In this document: positions 41,826 to 55,711 of the stretch, piece after piece | Position numbering within the stretch: the first letter of the stretch is position 1 | How the letters are laid out: the number at the start of each line of letters is the position of its first letter | Source: Octopus vulgaris | Lineage: Eukaryota | Direction: 5' to 3' | NCBI GenBank assembly: GCA_951406725.2 | Contig: OX597819.1 | Coordinates: forward strand, 45,756,001 to 45,820,000 | Length of the DNA stretch: 64,000 nt | Notes under the pieces: generated by a model | Databases searched by the model: none | Told to the model about the DNA's origin: nothing | What the model saw: only the letters and a program-made list of their open reading frames with translations | Translations under genes and position numbers: made by a program

Positions 41826-42547
41826 AATTATGAAGGAAGCAAGCAGCCATTTCTAGAATAGCGTTGTTTTTGTTTACTCTGTTAACTTGTATTTAGTGCT
41901 ACATGTTTTGGTTGTTTGTCATTTTTTTCTGTCAGGCTCACTATTCTGAAGTTTTATCTCAACACTTATTCCCAAGTGACGAGTCTTTTTCTTCCTACAG
42001 GTATCAGACCAATTAGGAAACTTTTTAAGGGTTCTTGACCTACTAGAAATAAAAGCCCCAAATCCAGGGCCAGTCATGACCAATTGATGCTCCAAGCTCA
42101 GACCTAGACTGATGCATCCTTGACCCTTTCCATTGACTGATTGACGACTGATTTTCTAGGTCAGATCAAACCCTATAACAATATTAAATGTGACCTGTTT
42201 TTTTATTCTTTTTACACTAATTAACAGTAAGCAACTTATATCTTTCTTAAGACACTGAGCCTTATGAAGGAGATGACTAAGGACTAAGATACCTGGCACA
42301 CTGCTGTACTCAAGAAGATCAAACCGCTGATCAAGCAGACCCAGCGTCATAAGCATTCCATACGTGACCATCAGGTTTTTGCACATATTGTTTTAATCTG
42401 TTTTGTATTCAGAATTGTTAATTATTAGGGACGTAAGCAGTATTAATATGAGAAGGCAATATTTATATCCAATTTAACATGCACCAAGCGCTAATAACTC
42501 GGTTTCCAATGTTCTAACAAGAGTTAGAACATAAGTACTGCTTATAA

Positions 42548-42780
42548 GGAGGCTAGCTGGTAGAAATGTTGGCACGCCGGGCGAAATGCTTAGTAGTATT
42601 TCGTCTGCCGCTACGTTCTGAGTTCAAATTCCGCCGAGGTCGACTTTGCCTTTCATCCTTTCGGGGTCGATAAATTAAGTACCAGTTACGCACTGGGGTC
42701 GATGTAACCGACTTAATACGTTTGTCTATCCTTGTTTGTCCCCTCTATGTTTAGCCCTTTGTGGGCAATAAAGAAATAAG
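42548..42780 (+). mobile_element. SINE family A, near full length
   Basis: Colinear with 15779-16009. Confidence 0.85.
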
Positions 42781-42844
42781 TAATGCTTAATAAACCTGCC
42801 GACTATTTGCGACAACAGTTTCTGAAAAGACGCTCATATTCTAA

Positions 42845-42883
<39 letters not shown>

Positions 42884-42885
42884 AC

Positions 42886-43136
42886 GGGCATGTGGCGTAG
42901 TAGTTAAGAGCCTGGGCTACTAACCTCATGATTCCGAGTTCGATTCCAAGCAGTGACCTGAACAACAACAACAACAACAACAATAACATCGAAAAATACC
43001 TTAGGAATGAGAACCCAGGTACGATATTTCCACAAGACACCTAAAGAAGCCTGGAGGGTATATCAGCCAAAACGTTGTATTAACAAAAAACAAGATGAGG
43101 AGAAATATCCGTTGAATGTAAATAACGTAAATAATG
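42886..43136 (+). mobile_element. tRNA-headed element ending in a degenerate PLE-type hammerhead
   Basis: A box TGGCGTAGTAGTT (42893), B box GAGTTCGATTCC (42936), (AAC)n, then ACAC-CTAAAGA-A-GCCTG...CAGCC-AAAACG-TT-GTAT (43037-43080). Confidence 0.55.
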
Positions 43137-44284
43137 CAATATTTAATAGCTTAAAGGTACACAAATGCATAAAAATAATTTTTATTCCACTAAATACTAT
43201 TAAATTTCATTCAATTTTAAAAAAGGTAAAATCGGACAGAATTTATGGGATGACCTGATATATATACAGACATATAGTAATGACAAGTAGTGCAGCATAA
43301 TACCCTTTATTTCTTTTTATTTTGAGTCGAAGAAGTGTTCTCGAGAGAGAATTAAGACGAGATTCATCGTGAGAAACGATGTAAGGTTATTACAACGGAT
43401 AGAATATATTATATATCAATTTCGAATAGTCAAGTGAAGGATGTAAGTATTTAGCAAATAATTTCTATGAAAGGAATATGAAAGCGTCTCAAAACATTAA
43501 AAAAAAAAAAACAATCCCACACCGTGCAGCATAAATAGTTTTGTACGGATACACTATTTCACGAAAATAAGTATCGAACTAAATCGCCTGATTCTCAAGA
43601 ACAATTCTCGTCTACACAGGCGCCATTGCGAAAATATGTCAGGAGTGAATCGTAGTTTATATCGTTCATGAAGGTAAAGGTCAAAGCGTGACACAGACAT
43701 ACAACGCTTAGATAGAGAGAGAGACACACACACACACATATGTACGTACACGTAAATGTACACACACACGTACGTATACATACACGCACACACACACGTA
43801 ATGCTATTTCTATTATATAGATCAATGTAGCTACAATAATGATATAATATAAATGTATTGTATCGGTCTGTCTTTAAGAAATTTCCTGATAGCATTGTTG
43901 AACTTAATCTATGTCGGTATACAGTGTTTGAAACGAGACGAGGTAATCATGTTTGTTTGTATGTGTGTATGTAGGTGCATTTTAACAGTGTATGTGCGCA
44001 TGTACATTGTAAGCCGTATAAATCGACGCTTGTGATATACGTCAATACGCATCCAAGTGTTTGTATGCCTGCCAGCATACGAGAAAATATATAGTTCTAT
44101 CTATGGATATTAGATATGAAATGTACAATAACTAAGGTGTAACTATGTATTGTATACGCTAAAGTTTTCTCTCTATAAACGCGTGTTTCTAGATGCGTAT
44201 ATATATATGTGTACGTTTCTCTTACAGTATACGCACAACATTAGAACACTATATTTACGTATATACATCCGCAAATGTATATCT

Positions 44285-44347
<63 letters not shown>

Positions 44348-44381
44348 TGTATATGCATGTAGACATATATATATATGCATA

Positions 44382-44419
<38 letters not shown>

Positions 44420-44567
44420 ATATATATGTGTGTATATATGTGTATATATATAAATATTTGTATATATATATATATGTGTGTGTATGTATGTAGATATATA
44501 TATATGCATATATATGTATATATATATACTTGTATATATATATGTGTGTATATATGTATATATATAC

Positions 44568-44604
<37 letters not shown>

Positions 44605-44638
44605 TGTATATATGTATATATATATATACTTATATCTA

Positions 44639-44678
<40 letters not shown>

Positions 44679-44750
44679 TATATACACACATATCTATATC
44701 TATATATATTTATATATATATATATATACACATACACATATACATATAAA
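44285..44750. repeat. (TA)n-rich tract (one of dozens in the window)
   Basis: Direct reading. Confidence 0.95.
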
Positions 44751-45143
44751 TAGAAACATACACACGCAGTTATATATACGGCTAACTGCTCGTGTCTCTG
44801 GGTGGTCTAACGCATAATAGTGCGTGTGTAAGTTTGTGTGAGTATATAGATGTTTTCTTATTCAGTGTATCCATGTGCCTTCGTGACAATGATGAATATT
44901 GAATTGTTTTGGCTCGCAAAGTAGAACACGCCAACAGCGTGTGGGTTGGGTCAGCTGCAGCTTAGAAATGCACGACTTATTTAGTGACGATAAACACATG
45001 CGCGCGCACGCTCACACATACACTAACACACACACACACATGTATATATGTATAAATGTATGCATGCATAAATGTACATATAGTTATACGAATAATAATA
45101 TATATACGAACATATATATACACATACATAAATATATATAAAC

Positions 45144-45198
<55 letters not shown>

Positions 45199-45334
45199 CA
45201 TATATTTACATATACACGAATACATATAGTTACACATGCATATATTCACATAGATGTATATATACATGCATAAGTGTATGTGTGTGCGTATGCATAGATA
45301 TATGTATACACACACATATATATACATATATCTA

Positions 45335-45383
<49 letters not shown>

Positions 45384-47264
45384 GCACACATATAAGTACA
45401 TACACACTCATACGTGTACGAGCGCGCGTGCGTAGTGTGTATTGGAAGAACAGTCAGTGATTCACTTCATTGTTACTCGGAGTTTAACACATGCTCAAAA
45501 TCTATACACGCGTGATCAGTTCCACAATAACAGCGGAAATTGTAAAGGCTGCACACGACTCGACATGTCGCTTTCCATTGGTTAAATATGGTCACCTGAT
45601 CGGATTTGTGACAGCTGTTTTGGCTACAGTTATGTAAGGGCTACTCACTTTATGATTTCGCTGGTATTGCACGATGAATTAGTGAAGATGGCTAAAAGAG
45701 GTTTGAAAAAACTAGGAAATCTTGTTTGTAGGAAAATTGCCGGGAAACCCTTCGCTGTGTGCCTGTTAGATCACACTTCTTATTGCAGAAGGCATATCGC
45801 TGATTACTAAAGATTCAGAAATTTTTTCTTCGCTCAAATCTAATAGTTCCATGATTTTTGGTGTATGGAATATCCCTACAGATAGGGCACGTTGTTATTA
45901 TCGAGTTTGTCTGCCCTGTCCTAGTCACTATGTTTCCAGACCAATTTCAATGAGAGGTAGGGACGTGGAATTTTTCTCTGTTCCTTGATCTGAATGGGAG
46001 AGGTGTTGAAAGAAATGAATTTTCAAAATCTTCGTAATTATGCCCAAATACTTTCTTGCAATACCATTCAGAATTATTGCGGTTATTCGACATATGGTTA
46101 TTTGGACAGATGAGATCTTCTAAGGGAACAAGAAGAAGAATTTCAACAGTTTCATGTTGGCTGTTGGCGTGAAGCTAAGCAGGAAATGCTTCACATCGTA
46201 GTGTTTGATGTAGCAATCGATGTTGCCCATAGAGGAATAATTAATCTTGGAGTTGTCTGATTTGAAGAACATATTACGTTATTTGTATATGCGTAAGAAT
46301 TAATGTTTTAATAGTGCAAGGAAGCAACAGACCATGTTCGTAGTAACTTCTATGTTGGAAGGCAGTTTAAAGCGGGTTACAAATCAAAACTCTTCTGTGC
46401 GTCGAATCTTCCATTCCAATTAGTTCCAACTACCCGAAGGCATTACTATAGGAAAATCAATTTTAAATGGCTCCTCCAAATAAACAATCATGGTGGCGGT
46501 AAAATGGATGAAGTTATTGCTCTCTACACACCAGCTACCCCCTAAAAAAGATCAGCCAATGCTAGGTCTACAAAAAATACCTTATCGACCTCAAACAATG
46601 AGGACATAACTAAGTGCCCAGTGGGGCATACAACGTCCTATTATTATTCACAATGTTTCATTGTTCAAAATACTTGTGTGCATATTGTAAACTTGGAGTA
46701 ACAAATCTGGTGATAACTAACTGTTTGTTTTTGAATATGAACTCCCTACAACTTTCAGTGAGTGCAGTTTTCTTTCGTTTTTATGTGTGTATGCTCATGC
46801 GCGCGTTATTTTTAACGGCACTACCATTAGTTTCATGCCAGGAATTCTCAGCATTTAATAAGCTTCCCACATGGGATATTGGTTCTTTATTTGTTAACCA
46901 ACAAATAAAGTCTATACATACCAACAATTAAAGTGTATACACACACACACACACACACATATATATATGTATATATATATGTATATATATTGATCTTTGC
47001 TTTTATGTTCAATTATAATAAAAATAATTATACATCAATCCGATGGATTACTGTATCTTTTGTAGAGTACAAATGAATTATTCTTATACAAAAATGTTGT
47101 TGACAGTGACTTCGAAATATTGGCTAGTTAAGCCATCGACGGACTACCTACGAAGTTACTGTCAACAATACTCTTGTATAAGACTAATTTATAAGTATAT
47201 ATGTGTGTGTGTGTGTTTGAGTGTGTGTGTGTGTGTGTGTCTGTGTGTGTTTGCGTATGTATTA

Positions 47265-47645
47265 TTTTACTCTGTGGCCATGCTGGACCACCGCCTTTAG
47301 TCGAGCAAATCGACCCCAGGATTTATTCTTTGTAAGCCTAGTGCTTATTCTGTCAGCCTCACTTGCCGAACCGCTAAGTTACAGGGACGTAAGCACACCA
47401 ACATCGGTTGTCAAATGATGTTGAGGGGGACGAAAACCGGCACAAACAGGCAAATACATACCTATATAATTATACAACGGGCTTCTTTCAGCGTCCGTCT
47501 ATCAAATCCAATCACAAGGTTTTGGCCGACCCAAGTAGAAGTTATTTGGCCGACCCAAGTAGAAGTTATTTGTCTAAGGTGGCACGCAATGGGACTGATT
47601 CCGGAGCCATATGGTTGGGGTGCAAGTTTCTTACCACACAACTAC
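47265..47645 (-). mobile_element. SINE family B, degraded
   Basis: Colinear with 23675-24037; internal 24 bp duplication. Confidence 0.8.
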
Positions 47646-48797
47646 GACAATACTTATGTATGTATGTATGTATGTATGTATGTATGTATGTATGTATGTA
47701 TGTATGTATGTATGTATGTATGTTAAAACTTTAAGCTCAGTGGTTACAGATGATGTTGACTTGTTCTTCTTTTCGGATTATGGCTGCTGTTGCTTAGTGA
47801 GTGGGATTGACTCAGTGCACAGCCTTTCTTCACTTTAAAAACAAATCTTGCACAGGCATTGCACGATAACAATATTGATTAAGCTTCGTATGTATGTATG
47901 TATGTATGTATGTATGTATGTATGTATGTATGTATGTATGTATGTATGTGTGTGTGTATGTATGTATCGTTCATATCTAAATATGTTGAGTCTACGTGCA
48001 ATTTAATAACATGACTTGTTGAACGGAATGGCGGAAAATATACCATATTCTTCAATGCTTCTTTGTAGTAAGACCTACAACGTACACACACCAAAGAAAA
48101 TGAGCAACAAGCTTATGATAAAGTATAACATATTTATAAAACGAAAACATTAAAGAAACAAGCTATATGAACATTCTTTATATTTTATATTGTTGTGCAC
48201 TTTGTATCAATTTATTTCAATACCTTATATAAATCCATACAAAAAGGAAATGACTTGTTTAAGAATGTATCTTCCATCCTGAGACAAAAGGGATTAACAA
48301 AATTTGAATTGGCAAAGCGTTTCTCTGTAGTGGTTTTTTGGGTAAGCATGAATTCTAGGGTTCATAATGCATTAAGATTTCGTTTTCTTGTCTTTTTTCG
48401 TACGTATTTCACGCATTTTAATCATATGCATACACACAAATATGTGTTTGTTTGTGCACCAGTGTATGTACATTATGTGTTTGTGTGTTTGTGTGTGTGT
48501 GTGTGTGTGTTTGATCCTTTATGTTATTTAGTGAAGATCATATGGATAGCGAGAACATGACTAGAACATTTTCTTTTGTTATGGTCTCTCAATGAGATAA
48601 GTGATCAACAAGTAAGGGAGGTTGGTTCGGTTAGATTAGCGTGTGCAGTGTCTGCCTTCGTATGATAATGTAGTTCTAATCGAATTGTAGTGAACTGCAT
48701 GATTGGAAATATACATCTGTATATAAACATTCATCCATACCCTGCGAATACGTAGGTACATACACATACACACATACATACACATATACATACATGC

Positions 48798-48860
<63 letters not shown>

Positions 48861-48866
48861 TATAAT

Positions 48867-50885
48867 ACCTATAGTTTTTTAACAGACAGCAGCATATTCC
48901 CTAATGAACAGAAAGGATGTAAACGTGGATCCTACGGCTGTAAAGACCAACTACTCATCAATAAGATGATCTTAGAAGATTGTCACAAACGACACAAAAA
49001 CTTATCAATAGCCTGGATAGACTATAAAAAGGCTTTTGATAGCCTACCACATAGCTGGATTAGGAAATGCCTTGAAATGTATAAGATAGCACCAACTCTG
49101 CGAAACTTCTTGACTGTAAGTATGAGATCATGGAGAACCACACTAACTCTGAACAGTGACAGTGAATCCCTAAATGCTGGTGATGTAAAAATTTCGTGTG
49201 GCATTTTCCAGGGTGACTCACTGTCACCACTCCTCTTTTGTTTATCCTTAATACCTCTCTCAAAGCTGCTCAATGACGCGCAGTACGGGTATAAAATGTT
49301 TGATAAAAATATAAATCATCTCGTTTACATGGATGATTTAAAGCTTTTTGCAAAAAATGATCAACAACTCAAGGGCTTACTAGCGATAGTCAAACAATTC
49401 AGTGACGACATCAGAATGCAATTCGGCCTCGATAAATGTGCAAAGGCTACCTTTATCAAAGGAAAAATGACAGAAACATCTAACGTTAACCTTGACCAAC
49501 AGAATGTCATAAAAGAACTAGACCCAGCGGAGAGCTACAAGTACCTAGGGATAATTGAAGGGAACGGAATAAGGCATTCAGAGATGAAGGAAAGGATCAG
49601 GAGAGAATGCTATCGAAGAGTGAGAGCAATACTCAAGACAGAGCTGAATGCAAGAAACAGGATCGAAGCAATCAATGCATTAGCTATACCAGTCGTGACT
49701 TACAGTTTCAATATTATTAACTGGTCAATTACTGAAATATGTCAGCTCGACAGAAAAATAAGGAAACTGTTGACAATGCATAGAATGCACCACCCTAAGG
49801 CAGATACAGAACGACTCTATCTGCCAAGAAAAGAGGGAGGCCGTGGTCTTTTGCAACTGGCAATAACAATGAAGATTGCTACAATTGGCCTAGACACCTA
49901 CCTGAAAAACTCTGAGGACTGGATGCTAAAACTTGTCTCAAAACATGAAAACAAGAAAGCATCATACTCAGTCACAAAACAGGCAAAGGAATATCTAAGT
50001 GAACTCCGAATACAACCAATTTCGGAATTAGAGATAGATATACAAGAAACAAGCACAGAAAAAGCTAGGCGCATGAAAACCCGTGCCAAAACTGCGGCCT
50101 TAGATATTCTGAATAATAAATGGCAAGAAAAACCTCTCTATGGCAAATACCCAATGAGAGCGAATAATGCAGATATCGACAAAGCCCTGACCCATCAATG
50201 GCTAATGGCCTCTGGCTTAAAATCTGAAACAGAGGGGTTTATCATAGCAGCTCAAGATCAATGCCTACCAACAAGAAACTACCAGGCCAACATATTAAAG
50301 ATCAGAAGCAGTCCAACGTGTCGTGTATGCAAGCAACAAAATGAAACCATTGACCATGTGGTCTCCAAGTGCAGTCTTCTAGCGCCTACAGAGTATCTCA
50401 ACAGGCACGATAGAGCTGCACAATATATTCACTGGGTAATCTGTAAAAACCTGGATTTGCCCCATGAAAAAAACTGGTGGGAACACAAACCACCCCCAGT
50501 GCTTGAAAATGACCACATCTCACTCCTCTGGAACTTCACCATTCAAACTGACAGGAAGATAGATGCAAATAGGCCAGACATCATATTGAAAAACTTCAAA
50601 CAAAGAACATGCCTCCTCATTGATATGACTGTCCCAATCGATATAAACGTATCTGTCAAGACCTACCAAAAACTGAGCAAATATAAAGATCTTGAAATAG
50701 AAATCAGCAAAATGTGGAAGCTGAAGACTAAAACAATACCTGTTGTCATAGGTGCCCTGGGAATGATAGCAAAAGGGGCTGATAGCTACCTAACTCAGAT
50801 ACCAGGAAACCCAAAAATGGCAGAAGTTCAAAAGATAGTGCTCATGGGAACTGCTCATATCCTACGCAAAATACTCTCTATGTAA
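48867..50885 (+). CDS. Uninterrupted but 5'-truncated ORF of an R4/Dong-like non-LTR retrotransposon: reverse transcriptase, CCHC finger, restriction-like endonuclease
   Basis: Frame open from 48867 ([21 protein letters not shown]); [70 protein letters not shown]. Confidence 0.93.
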   Translation, partial: TYSFLTDSSIFPNEQKGCKRGSYGCKDQLLINKMILEDCHKRHKNLSIAWIDYKKAFDSLPHSWIRKCLEMYKIAPTLRNFLTVSMRSWRTTLTLNSDSESLNAGDVKISCGIFQGDSLSPLLFCLSLIPLSKLLNDAQYGYKMFDKNINHLVYMDDLKLFAKNDQQLKGLLAIVKQFSDDIRMQFGLDKCAKATFIKGKMTETSNVNLDQQNVIKELDPAESYKYLGIIEGNGIRHSEMKERIRRECYRRVRAILKTELNARNRIEAINALAIPVVTYSFNIINWSITEICQLDRKIRKLLTMHRMHHPKADTERLYLPRKEGGRGLLQLAITMKIATIGLDTYLKNSEDWMLKLVSKHENKKASYSVTKQAKEYLSELRIQPISELEIDIQETSTEKARRMKTRAKTAALDILNNKWQEKPLYGKYPMRANNADIDKALTHQWLMASGLKSETEGFIIAAQDQCLPTRNYQANILKIRSSPTCRVCKQQNETIDHVVSKCSLLAPTEYLNRHDRAAQYIHWVICKNLDLPHEKNWWEHKPPPVLENDHISLLWNFTIQTDRKIDANRPDIILKNFKQRTCLLIDMTVPIDINVSVKTYQKLSKYKDLEIEISKMWKLKTKTIPVVIGALGMIAKGADSYLTQIPGNPKMAEVQKIVLMGTAHILRKILSM

Positions 50886-51100
50886 TCTTAAGGTTTAAAA
50901 CAAACATAATTTTCGGTTTAAAAAAAAAAAAAAAAGAAAAAAAATTTTTTAGACATTCATTAGTACAACATCCCCACCCCCCAAATATATGGCACACTAG
51001 GCATAACAACAACATGAACTTCCAACCCTGTTGTCTCTTGAGGTCTCTGGGTGAGACTTGGAGCCAACTTGTACAAATATAAAGCAAAAGTCAAACATAG
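48867..51100 (+). mobile_element. R4/Dong-like LINE inserted in (TAA)n
   Basis: (TAA)n at 48803-48860 and 51101-51172; ~215 bp 3' UTR. Confidence 0.9.
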
Positions 51101-51173
<73 letters not shown>

Positions 51174-51175
<2 letters not shown>

Positions 51176-51730
51176 GCCCTGATGCAGTACCAGGCAGTGG
51201 CTCTCATGGCTTCTGATCTTAACTGATTGGAAGTGTTATCATGTACATTGTTTTGTCTTGGTATAAAAGATGGGCTACAGCAAATATTCTGCTCAATACC
51301 ACAGATTTGCTTGTCAGTTGTTTGACCTTAACCAGTTGAGCATGTCTCTTAGTGGCTGACGATGTGTGCATCTCTGATCACGAGCAGAAGTAGTGGGGGA
51401 GCATCATAGCCATGTGTTGAGAGGGATTCTTTGGGGTTTGAATAATTCACCTCTGGAAACATGGGTGGTTCTTTCAACATCCTTAAGCAACCCTTATTCA
51501 GGGACCTTTTGAGCGGGATGGGCTACTCAACCTGAAGAAAATTCTAACTGGGCCCCACCTGCAAGGTCATGTGCTGTTTATCTTGATATGAGATCACCAT
51601 GTCGCGCACATATGGTTGTGATGCATGTGCCTGGTGTACCCTTATCAGACGGGTAGTCATGATGGGTATATTGGGCTTCGTATATTTTACCCCAGTGTTA
51701 CTTTGATGGCATGCACTGCTCTCTCACTCA

Positions 51731-51731
<1 letters not shown>
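51174..51731 (+). mobile_element. ~550 bp non-coding retroposon with (TAA)n flanks
   Basis: Reverse-complement match to 27738-28288. Confidence 0.8.
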
Positions 51732-51802
<71 letters not shown>

Positions 51803-52037
51803 TGAGGGAATATTATTCCAAACTTACAGGGAAAAATTCAATTTAGAAATACTAAATCAAATTTGAAAAAATATAATATACGTATTTAAATCAGAAAAAA
51901 AAACCACCGCCGGCATCTCCCTGCTGGCGAGAGAAAAGACTGCGCTTGCGCAGTGGATTTGAAAAAGATTAGAATGTATAAGCAATGAGATACATGCTGG
52001 ATTGGCCTCGTTGTTTATATATTTAATCTATGGCGTC

Positions 52038-52112
52038 CCTGTTGAAGAAGACTTCGCCTGGTAATTAAATAAATTTTTATTTACTAAAATAAGTCAGAAA
52101 CCATGGTCCAGG
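52038..52112 (+). ncRNA. Type I hammerhead motif (core UUGAAGA)
   Basis: CCTG-TTGAAGA-A-GACTT...AAGTC-A-GAAAC-CATG-GTC-CAGG; palindromic stem III loop. Confidence 0.6.
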
Positions 52113-52357
52113 AATTAGATGGTAAAATGTTTTTATTTTTCAATCCCTTCGAGAATTCATCCTTATTTAGTGGTTTGGACTTTAACTGTTCTTTCTAGTG
52201 TAAAGGAATCCTATGATGGAAGCCACTTAATGTGTTTTAATGTACACTGTATTTTATATGTATAATATATAGTTTATTGACTAATTTTTCTCTACGCTAG
52301 TCCACTGGTAGTAAAAATTTCTAAAATCTTTATGGCTTTATAAAATCTTTGTAGCCA

Positions 52358-52423
<66 letters not shown>

Positions 52424-52433
52424 CATATATGGC

Positions 52434-53401
52434 TACAGAACATCACAGAACGTAAACAATATGAGATACCAAAACAGAGTTGGGTACGCAAACAACGAGA
52501 GAATCAAATGGAAAACAAGGCAAGTAACATAAAGCATGACCCTTCATCAGTTGTCGCCTGTCCGTTTACTCTTCATTTCCAGCATTGAATGACAATATGA
52601 GACTTCGAAGGCAGTTGTTTACGTTTTGTGACGTCCTGTAACCATGTGGGCATATATATATATACATGTGTATGTATGTACATATATGTATGTATATATG
52701 CACACATATATATATATATATATTGTTTATATTATTTGTATTATTATTTGATTGAACGCCACGCATCCATTTACAAGTTTATCTTAATATATTTTTGATA
52801 CGACTCTACCCTTTACTGTTCTCTCTCCCACTTCCGTTATCTATCTCATCCTTTCACTAATTCTTATTTCCCTCCATTACCATTTTCTATCTCTCTGTCT
52901 CTCTCCGCCTTTCTCCTTTACTCTCTCTCTCTCGTTGTCCACACGTGACCATCGTCCATCTTTCTTTTCCTTACATGATCTTTCTTTTCATTCTCTGTTG
53001 TCGTACAGACTGCAGGTATTCTCTTACCTGTCTCCTCTTCTATCTTTTCTCTTGTCAAAGAAAATATTTCTCCATCGTTCGCTACTTTACTTCGTCTGGT
53101 CTAAAGGCCCTCCATGTTTCTTTGGATTCGGTTTACTTGTATGTCTCAACTGTCCTGTTTTGTTACCAACTTTGACTATGCGCAAAATCCTAAATTATAC
53201 TTTGGCTTTTATGGGAGCAACTGCCTTCGAAGTCTCATGTTGTCGTTCAATGCTGGAAAGGAGAAGTAGATGGACAGCCGACAACTAATGAAGGGTCGTT
53301 CTTTATGTTACTTGTCTTCTTTTGAAGTTGTTTCTCTCGTTGCTTGCGCATCCGAGTTTGTTTTCGTATTTAATTTTGTTTACGTTTTGTGACGTCTTGT
53401 G
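52434..53401. repeat. Diverged ~185 bp inverted repeat pair (52434-52618 / 53218-53401)
   Basis: Shared CAACTGCCTTCGAAGTCTCAT...GACAACTGATGAAGGGTC...TTGTTTACGTT in opposite orientations; (TA)n flanks. Confidence 0.75.
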
Positions 53402-53452
53402 CCCATATATATATATATTATTTATAAATATATGGGTATGTATGAGTGTATA

Positions 53453-53512
<60 letters not shown>

Positions 53513-53529
53513 CATACATACATATATAT

Positions 53530-53560
<31 letters not shown>

Positions 53561-53617
53561 CATACATATACATATATATATATACATATAGCACATACAT
53601 ACTTATTGAAGTATATT

Positions 53618-53822
53618 CTTTTCTACTCTAGGCACAAGGCCCGAAATTTTGGGGGAGGTGGTGTCAGTCAATTAGATCAACCCAAGTACGCAACTGGTAC
53701 TTAATTTATTGACCCCGAAAGGATGAAAGGGAAAGTTGACCTCGGCGGAATTTGAACTCAGAACATAAAGACAGACGAAATACCGCTTTGCATTTTGCCC
53801 GGCGTACTAACGTTTCTGCCTG
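53618..53822 (-). mobile_element. SINE family A
   Basis: Family A core on minus. Confidence 0.8.
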
Positions 53823-53825
53823 CAC

Positions 53826-54115
53826 GTAGAAAGTTCCCCTCCTAGGCTCAAGTCCCAGCAAGATTGCCTGTGGGAGGCCAGAAGTTGCTCATTTATAACA
53901 GATTCCCCGCTTCGTACCACCTATGTTATCCAAGGGAAAGGCAAAGTGCAATAGAGCTCGGCACCAGTCACATCTCAATTCATTTCTAGAGCTGAGTGAA
54001 ATGGAGTGAAGTGAAATAAAGTGCCTTGCTTCAGAACACAACACAAAGCCAGGAAATCGAAATCACTACCTCATTATTGTGAGCCCAGCGCTCTAACTAC
54101 TGATTAATGCGCCTT
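53826..54115 (-). mobile_element. SINE family C, degraded
   Basis: Colinear with 3163-3477. Confidence 0.65.
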
Positions 54116-54183
54116 CACATACGCACGTGCACACACTCAGACACACGCGCACGCATACGCATGCACCTACGCATATGTATGTA

Positions 54184-54279
<96 letters not shown>

Positions 54280-55353
54280 ATATATCTTCCCAAACACCAG
54301 AGTTTGTAATTCCTTCAGCTCTCTTCGTTTTTTTGTTTTCTGTAAATTTGAATTATGTATAGATAGAGGATTAGAAAATCTGCAAGGGGAGTAACTTGGT
54401 TTTCATTTTGTCTTTACTTTTTTGGGGGTACATTTTAAGGTAATAAGTATTTTGATATATATTGGATAAGGCTATAACAACATTATTGAAAGTCGAATTT
54501 CGTTTCATAAATTTCTATAAGCAGCATGGTATTTGATAGAAGTTTAATTATAATTATTGTTTATATGTCATATTTCTTGATGTTTCAGTTATTTGACAGT
54601 GGTCATGCTGGAGACCCGCCTTTAGTCGAGCAAATCGACCTCAGGACTTCTTCTTTGTAAGTCCCGCTAAGTTATGGGGAAGTAATTACATACTTGAAGA
54701 CAGTGTTGGAAGACATTCAGTCGGCTTGCAAATACATGTTCACTTTATTAAAACTATACTCGGGCTAATATGAAATCAATTGTTGGAAATTTCGGTATAT
54801 ATTCAAAATTATTCAAGATTTATCATTTTGGTTATAATACTTTTCTTGATAATCCTAAATTTTATCTTTATACAATATAACAATATTGTTTCAAACAATC
54901 ATCTATAGTAACCCATGATAAAATTTCCTCTGTATTAGCATCATTGATTTTATTAGCGTCTTGCCCCTTTAACTGGTCATTAACATACTGATTTGAGGTC
55001 TTCCACTACCCAACCTCATTATAGTTCGTTACTTTATACTACTTCAAAATGATTTTGGCAAGTTTGTATCCACTATGATTCTGTCAACACCTTCATGTCC
55101 TTTCCTAACAAGCACTACTCTCTAGTCTTAGATTTGATAAACAAGACTAATAAATTAAAACTGGGGTTTGGTAGACGGAAATTGAAAGAAGCCCGACACA
55201 TATTTATATATGTATGTATATATTACCAAACCCTCTCACGAAACCTTTGATCAACTCGAAGTTACAGTAGAAGACAAATGTTCAAGGTGATATACAGTGG
55301 GGATGAACCTGGAAGAATGTGGACGGGAAGCATAAATATATATATATGATCAT

Positions 55354-55525
55354 AATAAGCAGCAAGGATATCGAGAAGTAAATCAGTGCGATCGTTTCAA
55401 GCAACTCCATTTAATTCAACAATGCAATCATTACATCAAATGATGTATTGATTGCATTGTTCAATTGAATGGAGTTGCGTGAAACGATCGTACTGCATTA
55501 CCTCTGCATATCCTTGCTGCTTATT
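55354..55525. repeat. ~170 bp imperfect palindrome containing a hammerhead 3' half
   Basis: AATAAGCAGCAAGGATAT...TACATC-AAAT-GATGTA...ATATCCTTGCTGCTTATT; GAAAC-GATC-GTA in the right arm. Confidence 0.8.
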
Positions 55526-55673
55526 TTGATTTTATTCACCTTATTTTGAAATTGTATGGATAATACCGTACTAAATTCTCCTGCTTCAACTTCACTACCA
55601 CATTCATCTGAATCGAAATTTTTGCTATCTATCTATCTGCAATTTTTTTCTCTCCTTGTTTCTTTTCTGTGTA

Positions 55674-55711
55674 TCTTTCTGTCGAAGAGTGAAGGCTTGA
55701 AACGTAAAAGA
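55674..55711 (+). ncRNA. Minimal PLE-type hammerhead motif (core CUGUCGA)
   Basis: TCTTT-CTGTCGA-A-GAGT GAAG GCTT-GAAACG-TA-AAAGA. Confidence 0.6.

Noticed and set aside
42886-42960. tRNA gene
   Set aside because: A/B boxes present but no convincing acceptor stem; SINE-type head.
45480-46600. Possible Penelope GIY-YIG/RT relic on minus (YNFRCYCGTD)
   Set aside because: Only one weak motif and no continuous frame; needs tBLASTn/HMM support.
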